Positions 20,359 to 30,267 are shown, counted from the stretch's first letter. The stretch is 64,000 nt of DNA from Planctomycetales bacterium (GCA_030612725.1 JAUWNJ010000010.1:32837-96836), one strand, 5' to 3'. Numbers and translations: made by a program. The notes: generated by a model not told the origin, from the sequence alone.

Positions 20359-22437
20359 TCAGTCCACGTTCATCTTGCTGATATAATCTTCCAGCAACTT
20401 GCGAAGGCTTTTTACGTTCGCGCGGGCTTCGTCCAGTTCGGCCTGGAGTTCCTCTATCTTCGTCTCGATGTCCAGTACCTTCTTTGCGAACCGCTTGTAT
20501 CCTGTGCTGGAGGTGCTCCTGAAGGAACCCATGTTCGAGCGGTTGCGCTGCTGGTCGCGATTAAGCGTGGCTATCTGCCGCTCGATCTCTTTGACCTTCC
20601 GTTCCGCTGCCGTCAGGGCGTTCTTGCGCCTGATTGCCTCGGCAATCGCTTCGCGGACCTTCGGCAGAATCTCCCTGTTGGTTGTGTACCACGTAAGAGT
20701 CCCGACGCTGCTGCGCCAGATACCGGTGCTCTGACTGGTTACCTGCTCTTCAGCGACAACAAACTTTCCGGTCTTGCCGGCAGGGACGTCCGTCTCGAAA
20801 CGATATACTTTCGAGGTCTTTTCTGCCGGTTCGTCCGGGCTGATGAGTTTCCGCTCGGATCGGCGCGGATGCTCGATTACCAAAGTCCGCTTGGCGTCGG
20901 CCTTGTTCTTGATTACGTAGGACTTCTTGTATTCGTACTTGCGTGTAACATAAATCACGCCGCGAACGATTTTCACCGAGGTAATCTTCGATGTCGAACT
21001 TTCCGTCGGGTCCACCTTCACCTTCAGGTCGATTGCGTAACTCAGCAACCGCTTGTCCTTGGCCGAGAGGTTGCCTATTTGTGCGTCGCCGGCGTATGTC
21101 CCGCCGTCGAAGACGGTTACAGGACCGGCCAGCAGGCTCAACTTCGTGTCGTTTGTCAGCCAAAGCCCGTTGAGCGGGTGCTTTGCCATAACCGATTGGT
21201 TGTAGATGCTGACCTTCCTGCCTGATACGTCCTGGTTGATGATGGGAAGCATGGCGGATTTGCGTCGAGGCAGTGTAACCGGCGTCTTGATTTGATAGCT
21301 GAACAATTCGCCGACAGCCTTTGCCGCTGCGACAGAACGGACGCTGCTGCGGATGCTCTTTCCCATTTCGGCTTCATCGGCGATACCCCCCGCCAAGCGG
21401 CTGGCGACGGCGCCCGACGAGGGTATCCCCTTGGTCTTGCGACGCATCTCGTAAGCCCGCGTCCCTCGCGCTCTTGCGGGACTTGGCTTCAGGGCAAACA
21501 TCTTCTTTTCCGCCGCAATGCCCTCATCGTATGTCTGCGGGCGGAGCGAGGCGTACATCTGAGGCCTGACCACCGGACGAGGCACGTACAGCGGCGTGTA
21601 GAGGTCCTGGATAAACGAAATGGGCCGGCCTGAAACGAGCGTCAACTGCACCTTCTCCCAGTCAAAATCGGACGTGTTCTCCACAATCGCCCAGCCCTGC
21701 ATAAAGGCCTTGTCCTTCTTCTGCTCTTTGCCGCCGAGCACGAGTCGGTAGGAAGTCTTCCAGACCGGGGCCTCGTTTATGTACCCGATACGGACGCCGC
21801 GTTTGCCTTTGCCGGTGAAGTTAATCTTGACCGGTTTGCGGTTGCTGTCGCGGCTTTCGACCAGTAAGGCAAGGGCCTTGTTCAGTTCGGTGTTGAGTTT
21901 TTCATCGGCAAGTTTGATGTCGGAGATAGTATCCAGAGGCAGTGCTTTGATGCCCTTGTTTGTAAGGAGGTTCAGGATTTCCTGCCTTATCAGCGTGTTG
22001 GCCGGCAGGATGTGCTTTGTCTTTGTCTCTACGCCGAGGATTTTACCTGTAATCTTTACCGGCGCTGATATGACGACCGTTGCTCCGCGAATCTGCTTTA
22101 GCAGTTTTCCCAGCGTCGGGTCGCCGGAGATGTCGATACCGAAACTCTTCAGCGCCCTGGAGACCGGGTCGCGCGAGGCGTAAGTAACGCCCGTGATGTT
22201 CCCGCCGTCGAGGTCCATCAGGACCATTGACTTGAGGATGTCGTTAATCTGCCCGACCTTGAATTTCAACAGGACCTCGGCGTCGCCGGTAACTTCGCCG
22301 TTGTGCTCGAAGTAGGCCACGCCGCTGCTGAAGGCAGTTACCTTCGTAACCGGAACGGTGGTTTCCTCTGCCGCCGAGGCCGGTGCAACCATCGCCATGC
22401 AGGCCACAATCGCCAGTAATGATGCTGTGATTTTCAT
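20359..22437 (-). CDS. Secreted DUF4140/DUF4139-like protein (MuiA-like) with C-terminal coiled coil
   Basis: Signal peptide and an N-terminal pattern (VTKVTAFSSGVAYFEHNGEV...) resembling DUF4140. Family assignment is from memory. Confidence 0.45.
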   Translation of the reverse strand: MKITASLLAIVACMAMVAPASAAEETTVPVTKVTAFSSGVAYFEHNGEVTGDAEVLLKFKVGQINDILKSMVLMDLDGGNITGVTYASRDPVSRALKSFGIDISGDPTLGKLLKQIRGATVVISAPVKITGKILGVETKTKHILPANTLIRQEILNLLTNKGIKALPLDTISDIKLADEKLNTELNKALALLVESRDSNRKPVKINFTGKGKRGVRIGYINEAPVWKTSYRLVLGGKEQKKDKAFMQGWAIVENTSDFDWEKVQLTLVSGRPISFIQDLYTPLYVPRPVVRPQMYASLRPQTYDEGIAAEKKMFALKPSPARARGTRAYEMRRKTKGIPSSGAVASRLAGGIADEAEMGKSIRSSVRSVAAAKAVGELFSYQIKTPVTLPRRKSAMLPIINQDVSGRKVSIYNQSVMAKHPLNGLWLTNDTKLSLLAGPVTVFDGGTYAGDAQIGNLSAKDKRLLSYAIDLKVKVDPTESSTSKITSVKIVRGVIYVTRKYEYKKSYVIKNKADAKRTLVIEHPRRSERKLISPDEPAEKTSKVYRFETDVPAGKTGKFVVAEEQVTSQSTGIWRSSVGTLTWYTTNREILPKVREAIAEAIRRKNALTAAERKVKEIERQIATLNRDQQRNRSNMGSFRSTSSTGYKRFAKKVLDIETKIEELQAELDEARANVKSLRKLLEDYISKMNVD

Positions 22438-22639
22438 TTTCGTGCTCCTTTCATGGGTTACTCATCCGGGCAGCCTGGATGACCGCCCCTGCCTTATATT
22501 TGACGCATAACTCCTCACGTTGGTCTCATAAAAATAAAAAAACTCGCAAGAAAGCCCAATGGATACAGGTACCGTAGCATGGCCGTCTCGGCCATGATTT
22601 CACGGGCGATGCGTAGCATCACTACGTGAGACGCCCGCG

Positions 22640-23884
22640 CTACTTCAAATACGCTCGTTCGACTTTCGTCAGGGCTGCAACGGTGTCGGCGATTTCCTCG
22701 TCCGTCCAGTTTTCGTGGATATGGATGAGGAAGTTGCGGGTTACCGCCGCTTCGCAGTTCGGCAGGTTCGGCGGCTCGTATGGGGTCGTCCACGGGTAGC
22801 CGCCGGCGCCGTAAGTGTTGCGATTGCGGAACCAGACGTGCTCCGCAGGTATATGACGATACGACGGCGAGGCGGGGATTCCTTCAGCGGCCAATGCTTT
22901 GGCGAAGGCGTCCTTATCGACGGTGAGTTTGTCGGCATCGACCGTCATTCGCATGAACCAGTAACTCGCCTTCGCGTCGGGAATGATTTTTCCAGGCGCG
23001 ACGGACTGAAGGGATTTTATCCCGTCGGACACAGCGGCTGCCACGGACTGCCGGCGTTCGACGATCCACGGTAGTTTTTTCAGTTGGACCCGCGCGATAG
23101 CGGCTGACAGTTCGTCGGTGTTGAGGTTCAGTCCGAGGCGGACGTTGTTTGGTTCATCCGTCCCGAATGGTTTTCCGCGGTCCATGAACCGCCTGGCCTT
23201 CCAGAATAAATCTTCGTTTCGTGTGAAGAATATGCCGCCCTGCCCGCCGCTGGCGTAGTGCTTTCCGTACATCGTGCTGAAAGCGGCGATGTCGCCGTGG
23301 GTTCCGACGCTGGAACCGTGATAGATAGCCCCATGCGCCTGTGCGGCGTCTTCGACGACGGACAGACCTTTCTCGCGGGCCAATTCCATTATCGGGTCCA
23401 TGTCCACCGGTTCGCCGAATATTGGGGCCACGACGATGGCCCGCGTGCGTTCTGTAATCGCGGCGGCGACCTGTTCGGGTCCGACGTTGAAGGAAAACTC
23501 GTTCGTGTCGGCGGGAACGGGTATGCAGTTCATCATCACTATAGGCATTACCCCGCCGGGGTCGGTTATGGGCGGGCAGACGACTTCGCTTCCCGGCTCC
23601 AGTTCCAGCGCCGCCAGCGCCGACAGCAACGCCGACGTGCCGGAATTGACGGCCTTGGCGAATCCCCCGCCGAGATGCTCGGCGAATTCTTTCTCATACT
23701 CCTGCTCGCGCTTGCCGCCGTAGCCGAAGGCCTCACCGGCAGCAATGGACTCGTCGAAGACTTCGACGGCGGCGGCCTTTTCCTTGTCTCCGAATAATCG
23801 CCTCGGCGGAAATGGTTTCTCACGCACCGCCACACCACCGTCAATCGCCAGTTTCTCGTCAGACTTGCTCATCATTAAATCCAT
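22640..23884 (-). CDS. DegT/DnrJ/EryC1/StrS-family PLP-dependent aminotransferase
   Basis: AVNSGTSALLSALAALEL...GSEVVCPPITDPG and downstream motifs are typical of sugar aminotransferases. Confidence 0.75.
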   Translation of the reverse strand: MDLMMSKSDEKLAIDGGVAVREKPFPPRRLFGDKEKAAAVEVFDESIAAGEAFGYGGKREQEYEKEFAEHLGGGFAKAVNSGTSALLSALAALELEPGSEVVCPPITDPGGVMPIVMMNCIPVPADTNEFSFNVGPEQVAAAITERTRAIVVAPIFGEPVDMDPIMELAREKGLSVVEDAAQAHGAIYHGSSVGTHGDIAAFSTMYGKHYASGGQGGIFFTRNEDLFWKARRFMDRGKPFGTDEPNNVRLGLNLNTDELSAAIARVQLKKLPWIVERRQSVAAAVSDGIKSLQSVAPGKIIPDAKASYWFMRMTVDADKLTVDKDAFAKALAAEGIPASPSYRHIPAEHVWFRNRNTYGAGGYPWTTPYEPPNLPNCEAAVTRNFLIHIHENWTDEEIADTVAALTKVERAYLK

Positions 23885-23920
23885 TCCTGTTTAGCCGTCA
23901 CCGGTACGGCGACGAAAGTT

Positions 23921-24163
23921 TTATCTCCTGCGGAACAGTTTACGGACCAGTTCTTCTTCGCCGGAGCGGTTGCCTTCTATCATATGCCCGATAAATTGCA
24001 AGGCATATCCGCCTAAAAAAAGTCCCGCGGCGAGTGTCCAGTATTTCATTATGGCCGCTACCGGCGCAGCGATAAAAGCGGCAGGGATTCCGACCATGTG
24101 CAACGCGAAACTCGTCCGGTTGCAATGACGCGAAAGCCAGTTTGTGTACCATTTACGAAGCAT
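23921..24163 (-). CDS. Small hypothetical membrane protein
   Basis: 80-aa ORF with two hydrophobic helices. No confident family. Confidence 0.3.
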   Translation of the reverse strand: MLRKWYTNWLSRHCNRTSFALHMVGIPAAFIAAPVAAIMKYWTLAAGLFLGGYALQFIGHMIEGNRSGEEELVRKLFRRR

Positions 24164-24170
24164 AATAATC

Positions 24171-24290
24171 AGCAGTCAGCAATCAGCAAAAGATAAAAAA
24201 ACGACGAAGAAACAAATCAGCAATCAGCAGTCAGCAATCAGCGAATCAGTGTTCTTTTTCATCTTTTGCTGACAGCTGATTGCTGATAGC
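24171..24290. repeat. Intergenic composite repeat: tandem cagcaatcag units with an imperfect long inverted repeat (tcagcaatcagcaaaagat ... atcttttgctga(cagctg)attgctga)
   Basis: Read directly from the sequence. Arms are at 24177-24195 and 24262-24287. The interior contains repeated aatcagca units. Confidence 0.5.
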
Positions 24291-24301
24291 TGACCGCTCT
24301 T

Positions 24302-25117
24302 CTACATTACCGGCGGCGCGCCCCAGGTGATCGTATAGACCGTATTGAGCAGTACGCCGATGAAGAAATCCAGCGCAAGGATAGCCATGCAGGATTCGAC
24401 GAAACTTTCGGTGCATGCTCTTCCGACCCCTGCCGCTCCGGGCCGGCAACGAAAACCACGCCAACAGCATATCAGACTAATCACACCGGCGAAGAACAGG
24501 CTCTTGATAAGTCCGGTAACAATATCGAACATTTCCACCGTCCTGGCGGCGTTTTCCCAGAACTCGGCGGCATTGATACCGTAGAGTCCGACGCCGATGA
24601 GGTATCCGCCGAGGATTCCCGTCAGGTCCGCATAGAGCACGAGAATCGGCATCAGCAGCAGGCAGGCGAGGAATCTCGGCACTACCAGTACGCGGAGCGG
24701 GTCGGCCCCCATCGCTCGCAGCGCGTCTATCTGGTCGGTAACTCGCATGGTTCCCAGTTCGGCTGTCAGTCCGCCGCCGACGCGACCGGCCAGCATAATC
24801 GCCGCCAATACAGGACCCAACTCGCGTACTACCGAAAGGTTGACGATTGCGCCGAGTTTCGCCTCCAGACCGACTGCCTGGAATTGCAGTACGGATTGGG
24901 CGGCAAGGACCATCCCGACGAACGCGCCGGTGAACATTACTACCGGAACGCTCCGTGTACCGACCTCGTACATCTGCCGAAGCGTCAGGCGAATGTTGCG
25001 ACCGCTCAGCCCCGCCGACAGAATCCATTCGAACACTCGCCCGCAGAATCGACAGAAATCTCCCCACGCCACTATCAACGACAGACTCCGCGAACCAAGT
25101 TGTGCCAAAACATTCAC
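24302..25117 (-). CDS. mlaE: Mla-type ABC transporter permease
   Basis: Polytopic membrane protein with the MlaE/Ttg2B-family pattern (VRELGPVLAAIMLAGRVGGGLTAELGTMRVTDQIDALRAMG). Confidence 0.75.
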   Translation of the reverse strand: MNVLAQLGSRSLSLIVAWGDFCRFCGRVFEWILSAGLSGRNIRLTLRQMYEVGTRSVPVVMFTGAFVGMVLAAQSVLQFQAVGLEAKLGAIVNLSVVRELGPVLAAIMLAGRVGGGLTAELGTMRVTDQIDALRAMGADPLRVLVVPRFLACLLLMPILVLYADLTGILGGYLIGVGLYGINAAEFWENAARTVEMFDIVTGLIKSLFFAGVISLICCWRGFRCRPGAAGVGRACTESFVESCMAILALDFFIGVLLNTVYTITWGAPPVM

Positions 25118-26004
25118 GGTTCAATTCTTCCGATCTTACCGGGATAAAATATCTTGCGCCTGGTAACGAGAATTTCCGTCCGCGTTTTCTGCTGAACGAC
25201 GGCGTAGCCAAGGGCATTTTCAAGCCTGTATCGGGCAGAGTGATTGAGGTGCGGTCGAAGCGCAGTAGTCAGGCTGACATCGCACGGTCCGAATCGCCGG
25301 CGGTACTCGGCGAAGACCATATCGCGACAGTCCCACAACATCGGCGGAATACAAACCCGCCTGTTATCAACGTCGATAACGAACCGCCGCTCGTCCAGGA
25401 CCAGGCGGTTGAACGCCTCGGAAAGTCCGGCGGAAAAGTTTCCCTCGGTGAACGGCTTTCTCGGCAGGGGCGCGTAATCGATCCATGCGCCGGGCGCACA
25501 GGCGGCAAGACGAAAATCTCCGCTACGCCTGGTTGCGTCCCGGAGGATCGAGTCGATTTTTTCGAGCGACATATCGCACCCGTCGAGGAGAAATACCTTT
25601 TCGCGCGCCCGTGGTCGATATCGAGCCGGAGGAAAACCCGCCAAATCCGCCAACTTCATCGACCACGCCGCACGAGCGTTGTACCAGTAGGCCCAGCGAG
25701 ACTCGTCCGTCGGGTACATCTCCGGCGTGGCCGTCGGACCGGATACGGCCATCTTCTTCAATTGCGAATCCAGCCGGACGCGCACAGACGCGAAACCCGC
25801 CGGGATAAGACGACCTTTCTTATCGACGCCTTTGGAAAGAACGACTGACAGGTCGGAAACGTCCGAAGAAACCCCCACGCCGGTCAAGTCGAGACGAACC
25901 TCCGCAACGTCTGCTTCATCGACACAACCGGCCAGGAGCAACGCAAGTAGAAAGACGATTCCGGTTCTGCATGAGAAATAATCCATGGCAAAGATTGTAA
26001 TCAT
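25114..26004 (-). CDS. Hypothetical lipoprotein
   Basis: Signal peptide with lipobox-like LLAGC, 296 aa, with a 4-nt overlap onto mlaE. No confident family. Confidence 0.4.
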   Translation of the reverse strand: MITIFAMDYFSCRTGIVFLLALLLAGCVDEADVAEVRLDLTGVGVSSDVSDLSVVLSKGVDKKGRLIPAGFASVRVRLDSQLKKMAVSGPTATPEMYPTDESRWAYWYNARAAWSMKLADLAGFPPARYRPRAREKVFLLDGCDMSLEKIDSILRDATRRSGDFRLAACAPGAWIDYAPLPRKPFTEGNFSAGLSEAFNRLVLDERRFVIDVDNRRVCIPPMLWDCRDMVFAEYRRRFGPCDVSLTTALRPHLNHSARYRLENALGYAVVQQKTRTEILVTRRKIFYPGKIGRIEP

Positions 26005-26112
26005 CGGCCCGGTGGAACAACAACGATTATCTTCGACTTTCGGATTGGTCGCTCTGCGGTCTTGATTCGTCCGGCAGCGTTATTACAATACGCGATTCGA
26101 CAAAATGAATGG

Positions 26113-28770
26113 ATGACAGACATGAGCGAACTGCACAGAACTGTATTGTACGACCGGCATGTCGCCGGTGGTGGAAAAATCGTCGATTTCGCCGGATGGG
26201 AGATGCCGCTGCAATACGCCGGCGGGATCGTGGCTGAACACCTCGCCACGCGCAAAGGCGCAGGCCTGTTCGACGTCTCGCACATGGGGCGATTCATCTT
26301 CGGCGGCGAAGGCGCGACGCGATTTCTCCAGCACGTCCTGACCAACAACGCCGAGGCCCTGGAGACCGGGCAGGCGCAGTACACGATGATCCCCAACGCC
26401 GACGGCGGGGCAGTCGATGACGCGTACCTGTACCGCTTCGTCGAGGATGAATACCTCCTCGTCGTCAATGCCGCCAACCGACAAAAAGACTGGGACCATT
26501 TCTCCGAACACCTCGCCGAATTCGACGACGTGAAAATGACCGATGAGTCCGAAGAAATCGCAATGATCTCGCTCCAAGGCCCGCTGGCAGGGGCGATACT
26601 CTCCGGCGTTATTGATTCGGGAGCACTTCCAGAACCGACGCGGAACGAACTGGGAGCCGTCGTAATCAACGGCGTCGAGGTCCGTCTCGCCCGAACCGGA
26701 TACACGGGCGAACCGGTCTGCTTCGAACTGTTCGTCGAAAGCCAAGCCGCCGGGAAAATATGGGACCTGCTGATTAATCGCGGCGCAGAACCCGTCGGCC
26801 TCGGGGCGCGCGACACTCTTCGGCTGGAAGCAGCCCTGCCGCTCTACGGACACGAACTGGGACTCGAACCGGACGGAAAAGAAATTGCCGTATTCTCCTG
26901 CCCGTTGGCGCGATTCGCTGTGAGTTTCTCGCCGCTGAAGGGCGATTTTATCGGAAAAGACGCTCTGGCCAAACAGCATGAAGCCTTCATGAAAATCCTC
27001 TCCGAAGATTATTCGTTGATAGCGAACCTGCCGCGACGGATCGTTCCGGTTGCGGTGGTCGGTAAGGGTATCGCCCGTCCGCCGGCAGGGGCGTTCGTCG
27101 GCGACAAGCACGTCGGATTCGTTACCAGTGGAACGGTGGTTCCATACTGGCAGGTCGAGGGCGAAGGTCTGTCGAGCAGAATAACCGACCAAAAGGCGAT
27201 GCGGTCTATCTGCATGGTTATGCTCGACTGCGACCTGCGCGAGGGCGACCGGATTGAAATCGAAATTCGCGGCAAGCAGGTCGAAGCCGTTATCGTCCCG
27301 TTCCACCTCCGCAGCGAGGCTCCGCCTTACGCAAGGGCGATACTGCACGACCACGCATTGGCGATCCACGAAGACCGCACACGTCAGGCCGGCCCGACCA
27401 AGGCGCGCGACCTGCTTGAAAAGGCGATTGAAAACACCATCTGGCGACAGGCAGAGTGCATAAACCTCATCCCGTCCGAGCAGACGTTCTCGCCCATGGC
27501 CAGGATGCTGTCGATCATGGACCCCGCCTTCCGATACGCCGAGCACAAACCGCTCAAGGCCTTCTACGAAGCGAACGTCTTCTACTACCAGGGGACGGAT
27601 TTCATCGAGGCCGTTGAGACCTCGCTGGAAGCCGAATTGCGGAAATTCCTTGGCTGTGCGGAAGTCGAGACCCGCGCCGTCAGCGGGCAGATGGCGAACG
27701 CCGTCGTCTTCAGCGCGATGGTCGATTACATCAACCGGACCGACCGGAAAAGCCCGCCGAGAAGAATCGCAAGGGTGATGAACAATCACATCATCAAGGG
27801 CGGGCACCTCAGTTCCCAGCCGATGGGCGCGATGCGCGACTTCATCGCACACGACCCGAAAACGGAAAAACCGGCAATAACCAACTTCCCCGTCCTGCCC
27901 GAAAACCCGTATAAAATCGACGTGCCCGCCTGCCGGGAACTGCTGGAGCGATACAGACCCGAACTGATTATCTTCGGTAAGAGCGTCGTTCTGCACCCCG
28001 AACCGGTGGCTGAGATTCGGGCGTTCGCCGATGAGATGGGTATCGATACCGTAATCATGTACGACATGGCCCACGTGCTCGGACTCGTCGGCCCGCACTT
28101 CCAGGAACCTTTCGCCGACGGCGCCGACATCGTTACCGGCTCGACGCATAAGACATTCTTCGGTACGCAGCGGGGAATCGTCGCGTCCAACTACGCCGAG
28201 ACCGATGAGCGGTACAATCTCGCCGAGGCGATTCGTCGCAGGACGTTCCCCGGCTCGGTCAGCAATCATCATCTCGGAACGATGGTCGGGCTGCTGATGG
28301 CTACCTACGAGATGAACCATTTTAAGGATGAGTACCAGCCGAAGGTTATCGCCAACGCAAAGGCCTTCGCCGCTGCGCTGAAACGCTGCGGTATGGACGT
28401 AGCCGGTGATGCGGACGTCGGATATACGCAGACGCACCAGGTAGTTGTTAATGTCGGTTACAGCCGGGCCACCGAGATAGCGAGAAAACTTGAGGACAAC
28501 AATATAATCGTCAACTACCAGGCCGCACCAAATGAAGAAGGTTTCACCGCAGCCGGTGCGATTCGCATGGGCGTCTCGGAGATGACCAGGTTCGGAATGG
28601 GCGAGGGCGATTTTGAAACAGTTGCACAACTCATCGCCGATGTGGTAAATAACGACAAGCCGGTAAAGGCTGAAGTGAAATCGTTCAGGGGCGGATTCAC
28701 CGACCTGAAGTTCCGCTTCGGCGGCGAAGAATTTGACGGAATTATGGAAAAACTGCACGGGCTTGTATAG
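26113..28770 (+). CDS. gcvT: Glycine-cleavage T protein (aminomethyltransferase) fused to a C-terminal serine-hydroxymethyltransferase-like domain
   Basis: N-terminus YDRHVAGGGKIVDFAGWEMPLQYAGGIVAEHLATRKGAGLFDVSHMGRF matches GcvT. The C-terminal half carries SHMT-like motifs IPSEQTFSP (ENFTS), YYQGTDFIE (YYGGCE), VSGQMAN (HSGSQAN) and GSTHKTFFG (TTTHKT). An alternative start is at 26122. Confidence 0.7.
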   Translation: MTDMSELHRTVLYDRHVAGGGKIVDFAGWEMPLQYAGGIVAEHLATRKGAGLFDVSHMGRFIFGGEGATRFLQHVLTNNAEALETGQAQYTMIPNADGGAVDDAYLYRFVEDEYLLVVNAANRQKDWDHFSEHLAEFDDVKMTDESEEIAMISLQGPLAGAILSGVIDSGALPEPTRNELGAVVINGVEVRLARTGYTGEPVCFELFVESQAAGKIWDLLINRGAEPVGLGARDTLRLEAALPLYGHELGLEPDGKEIAVFSCPLARFAVSFSPLKGDFIGKDALAKQHEAFMKILSEDYSLIANLPRRIVPVAVVGKGIARPPAGAFVGDKHVGFVTSGTVVPYWQVEGEGLSSRITDQKAMRSICMVMLDCDLREGDRIEIEIRGKQVEAVIVPFHLRSEAPPYARAILHDHALAIHEDRTRQAGPTKARDLLEKAIENTIWRQAECINLIPSEQTFSPMARMLSIMDPAFRYAEHKPLKAFYEANVFYYQGTDFIEAVETSLEAELRKFLGCAEVETRAVSGQMANAVVFSAMVDYINRTDRKSPPRRIARVMNNHIIKGGHLSSQPMGAMRDFIAHDPKTEKPAITNFPVLPENPYKIDVPACRELLERYRPELIIFGKSVVLHPEPVAEIRAFADEMGIDTVIMYDMAHVLGLVGPHFQEPFADGADIVTGSTHKTFFGTQRGIVASNYAETDERYNLAEAIRRRTFPGSVSNHHLGTMVGLLMATYEMNHFKDEYQPKVIANAKAFAAALKRCGMDVAGDADVGYTQTHQVVVNVGYSRATEIARKLEDNNIIVNYQAAPNEEGFTAAGAIRMGVSEMTRFGMGEGDFETVAQLIADVVNNDKPVKAEVKSFRGGFTDLKFRFGGEEFDGIMEKLHGLV

Positions 28771-28774
28771 CAAA

Positions 28775-28925
28775 GATAGCAGAATTACAGGGATTTTTGT
28801 TTTTGCTGAAAAAAGAAGAAGAAAAAGGAGAAAGATAGCGGGATTATGGGGATTACTGGATTATAGGGATTTTCTTTTTTGTTTTTGTCCTCTAATCTCA
28901 AAATCCCTGTAATCCTGCTATTCTG
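28775..28925. repeat. Structured intergenic element: about 20-nt inverted repeat (agcagaattacagggatttt / aaaatccctgtaatcctgct) enclosing purine-rich tandem gggattat-like units
   Basis: Read directly from the sequence between the gcvT-SHMT stop and gcvH. Confidence 0.4.
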
Positions 28926-28970
28926 TTTCGGCGATGGCGACAAAACTTACACTTACAAGGAGAATCTTAC

Positions 28971-29360
28971 ATGGTTCCTGCTGAATTGCGATACGCAAAG
29001 AGTCACGAATGGGCGAAAATGGATGGCGGGACGGTAACAGTTGGTATAACCGCCTTCGCTGCTGAACAACTCGGCGACGTTGTCTTTCTTGAGTTGCCTG
29101 CCGTCGGCGAGAGCGTCGAGGCTGGGACACCCTTCGGCGTGGTCGAGTCGGTCAAGGCTGCGGTCGATTTAAATTCGCCCGTCAGCGGCGAGGTAATCGA
29201 GGTCAATGATGACCTGACCGAAGACATGGAACTGCTGGGCAAAGACTCCTACGGGTCAGCCTGGATGATAAAGGTAAAAACCGCCGGCGACGCCGATTTC
29301 CAAAGCCTCATGTCGGCTGACGAATACGAAAAATTCCTCGAAGCCGAAGAAAAGCATTAA
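28971..29360 (+). CDS. gcvH: Glycine-cleavage H protein (lipoyl carrier)
   Basis: 129 aa with ...ESVKAAVDLNSPVSGEV, the lipoyl-lysine motif. Confidence 0.85.
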   Translation: MVPAELRYAKSHEWAKMDGGTVTVGITAFAAEQLGDVVFLELPAVGESVEAGTPFGVVESVKAAVDLNSPVSGEVIEVNDDLTEDMELLGKDSYGSAWMIKVKTAGDADFQSLMSADEYEKFLEAEEKH

Positions 29361-29427
29361 GAAGTGGTAGCGACTCCAGCAGGCTGGTTCGCACCGTGAA
29401 CAACAACAAAAGAAGAAGGAGACCAAA

Positions 29428-30138
29428 ATGTCTAACAAGATGATGTTCACCGTGATTTTTGCCATGGCGGCAATATGTGCCGGTTGTAATTCTGAAAAAG
29501 CAGTTTGGAACGATGAGTTCACTGACCATAACCCACGTTGGGAATGGAATTACAATAAGGGAACGGCTTACAAACAGCTTACTACGATTGATGGCGTATC
29601 TGTTGTTGAGATTGGAATAACCGACCAATCCTCATCGTCAGGCTATTCTGATTGCTCGCTTCACGAGACAAAATATCAATATCATAATGGTGTATTTGAG
29701 GCGCGTCTCCGCTATGCCGGCGACCACAAATTCGGCACAATAGGATGGGGATTCTGGAACTACCAAGACAAACCAAGAGTTGAGTGTGCCTGGTTCCTTG
29801 GTTGTTCAACCGGAGGTAGTGCATCTGGTTTTCAGGCTATGGTTGTCAGTGATAGGGTTATAAAGTTCCAGAAGCATCTGCCTGAAATTGATATACAAAA
29901 ATGGCATATCTATCGAGTCGAACTTCTACCCACAGGCACCCGTTTCTTTGTTGACGGCGTTGAAGTTGCCGCTACTTCTAAGCGTCCCGGCAAACTACAG
30001 AGATCTGAGATATGGATAGATAACTATCGTCTTCAAGTGATAGACGGTAAGATATCGGCAGCGGGGCACCTGAACATACAGCAAGATCAGCGGATATATG
30101 TTGATTGGGTGCGGTACTATGAAGCCCGTAAAAAATAA
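29428..30138 (+). CDS. Lipoprotein with concanavalin-like/GH16-like fold (low-GC gene)
   Basis: Signal peptide plus lipobox (ICAGC). The gene is visibly AT-richer than its neighbours. Fold assignment is weak. Confidence 0.4.
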   Translation: MSNKMMFTVIFAMAAICAGCNSEKAVWNDEFTDHNPRWEWNYNKGTAYKQLTTIDGVSVVEIGITDQSSSSGYSDCSLHETKYQYHNGVFEARLRYAGDHKFGTIGWGFWNYQDKPRVECAWFLGCSTGGSASGFQAMVVSDRVIKFQKHLPEIDIQKWHIYRVELLPTGTRFFVDGVEVAATSKRPGKLQRSEIWIDNYRLQVIDGKISAAGHLNIQQDQRIYVDWVRYYEARKK

Positions 30139-30216
30139 ATACAGGGTTAAACAGGGACGATTTCCGATTTTCTCATTTGACTGGATTGAACTGGATTAAC
30201 CCCGGTCCCGATTGGG

Positions 30217-30267
30217 CTTTGCGAACTTTTGCCGCATCTGCCGCTCCCAATCAGATTCTGTCGCCTT
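30217..30267. repeat. 51-nt direct repeat, copy 1 (duplicate of the 3' end of the small ORF 32001..32186)
   Basis: cttTgcgaacttttgccgcatctgCcgctcccaatcagattctgtcgcctt matches 32009-32059 with 2 mismatches. Confidence 0.7.

Noticed and set aside
26004-26112. Glycine riboswitch upstream of gcvT
   Set aside because: The 100-nt leader is short and I could not recognise the tandem aptamer consensus by eye. A covariance-model search (Rfam RF00504) is needed, so it is not reported as a feature.
26083-28773. 896-aa minus-strand ORF spanning the entire gcvT-SHMT gene (and similar long antisense ORFs at 3629..5005, 10153..11184, 32205..33470, 33962..34906, 35920..36576)
   Set aside because: These have no recognisable domains and low-complexity Arg/Pro/Gly-rich translations, while the opposite strand encodes well-conserved proteins. 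They are typical shadow ORFs of GC-rich coding DNA.
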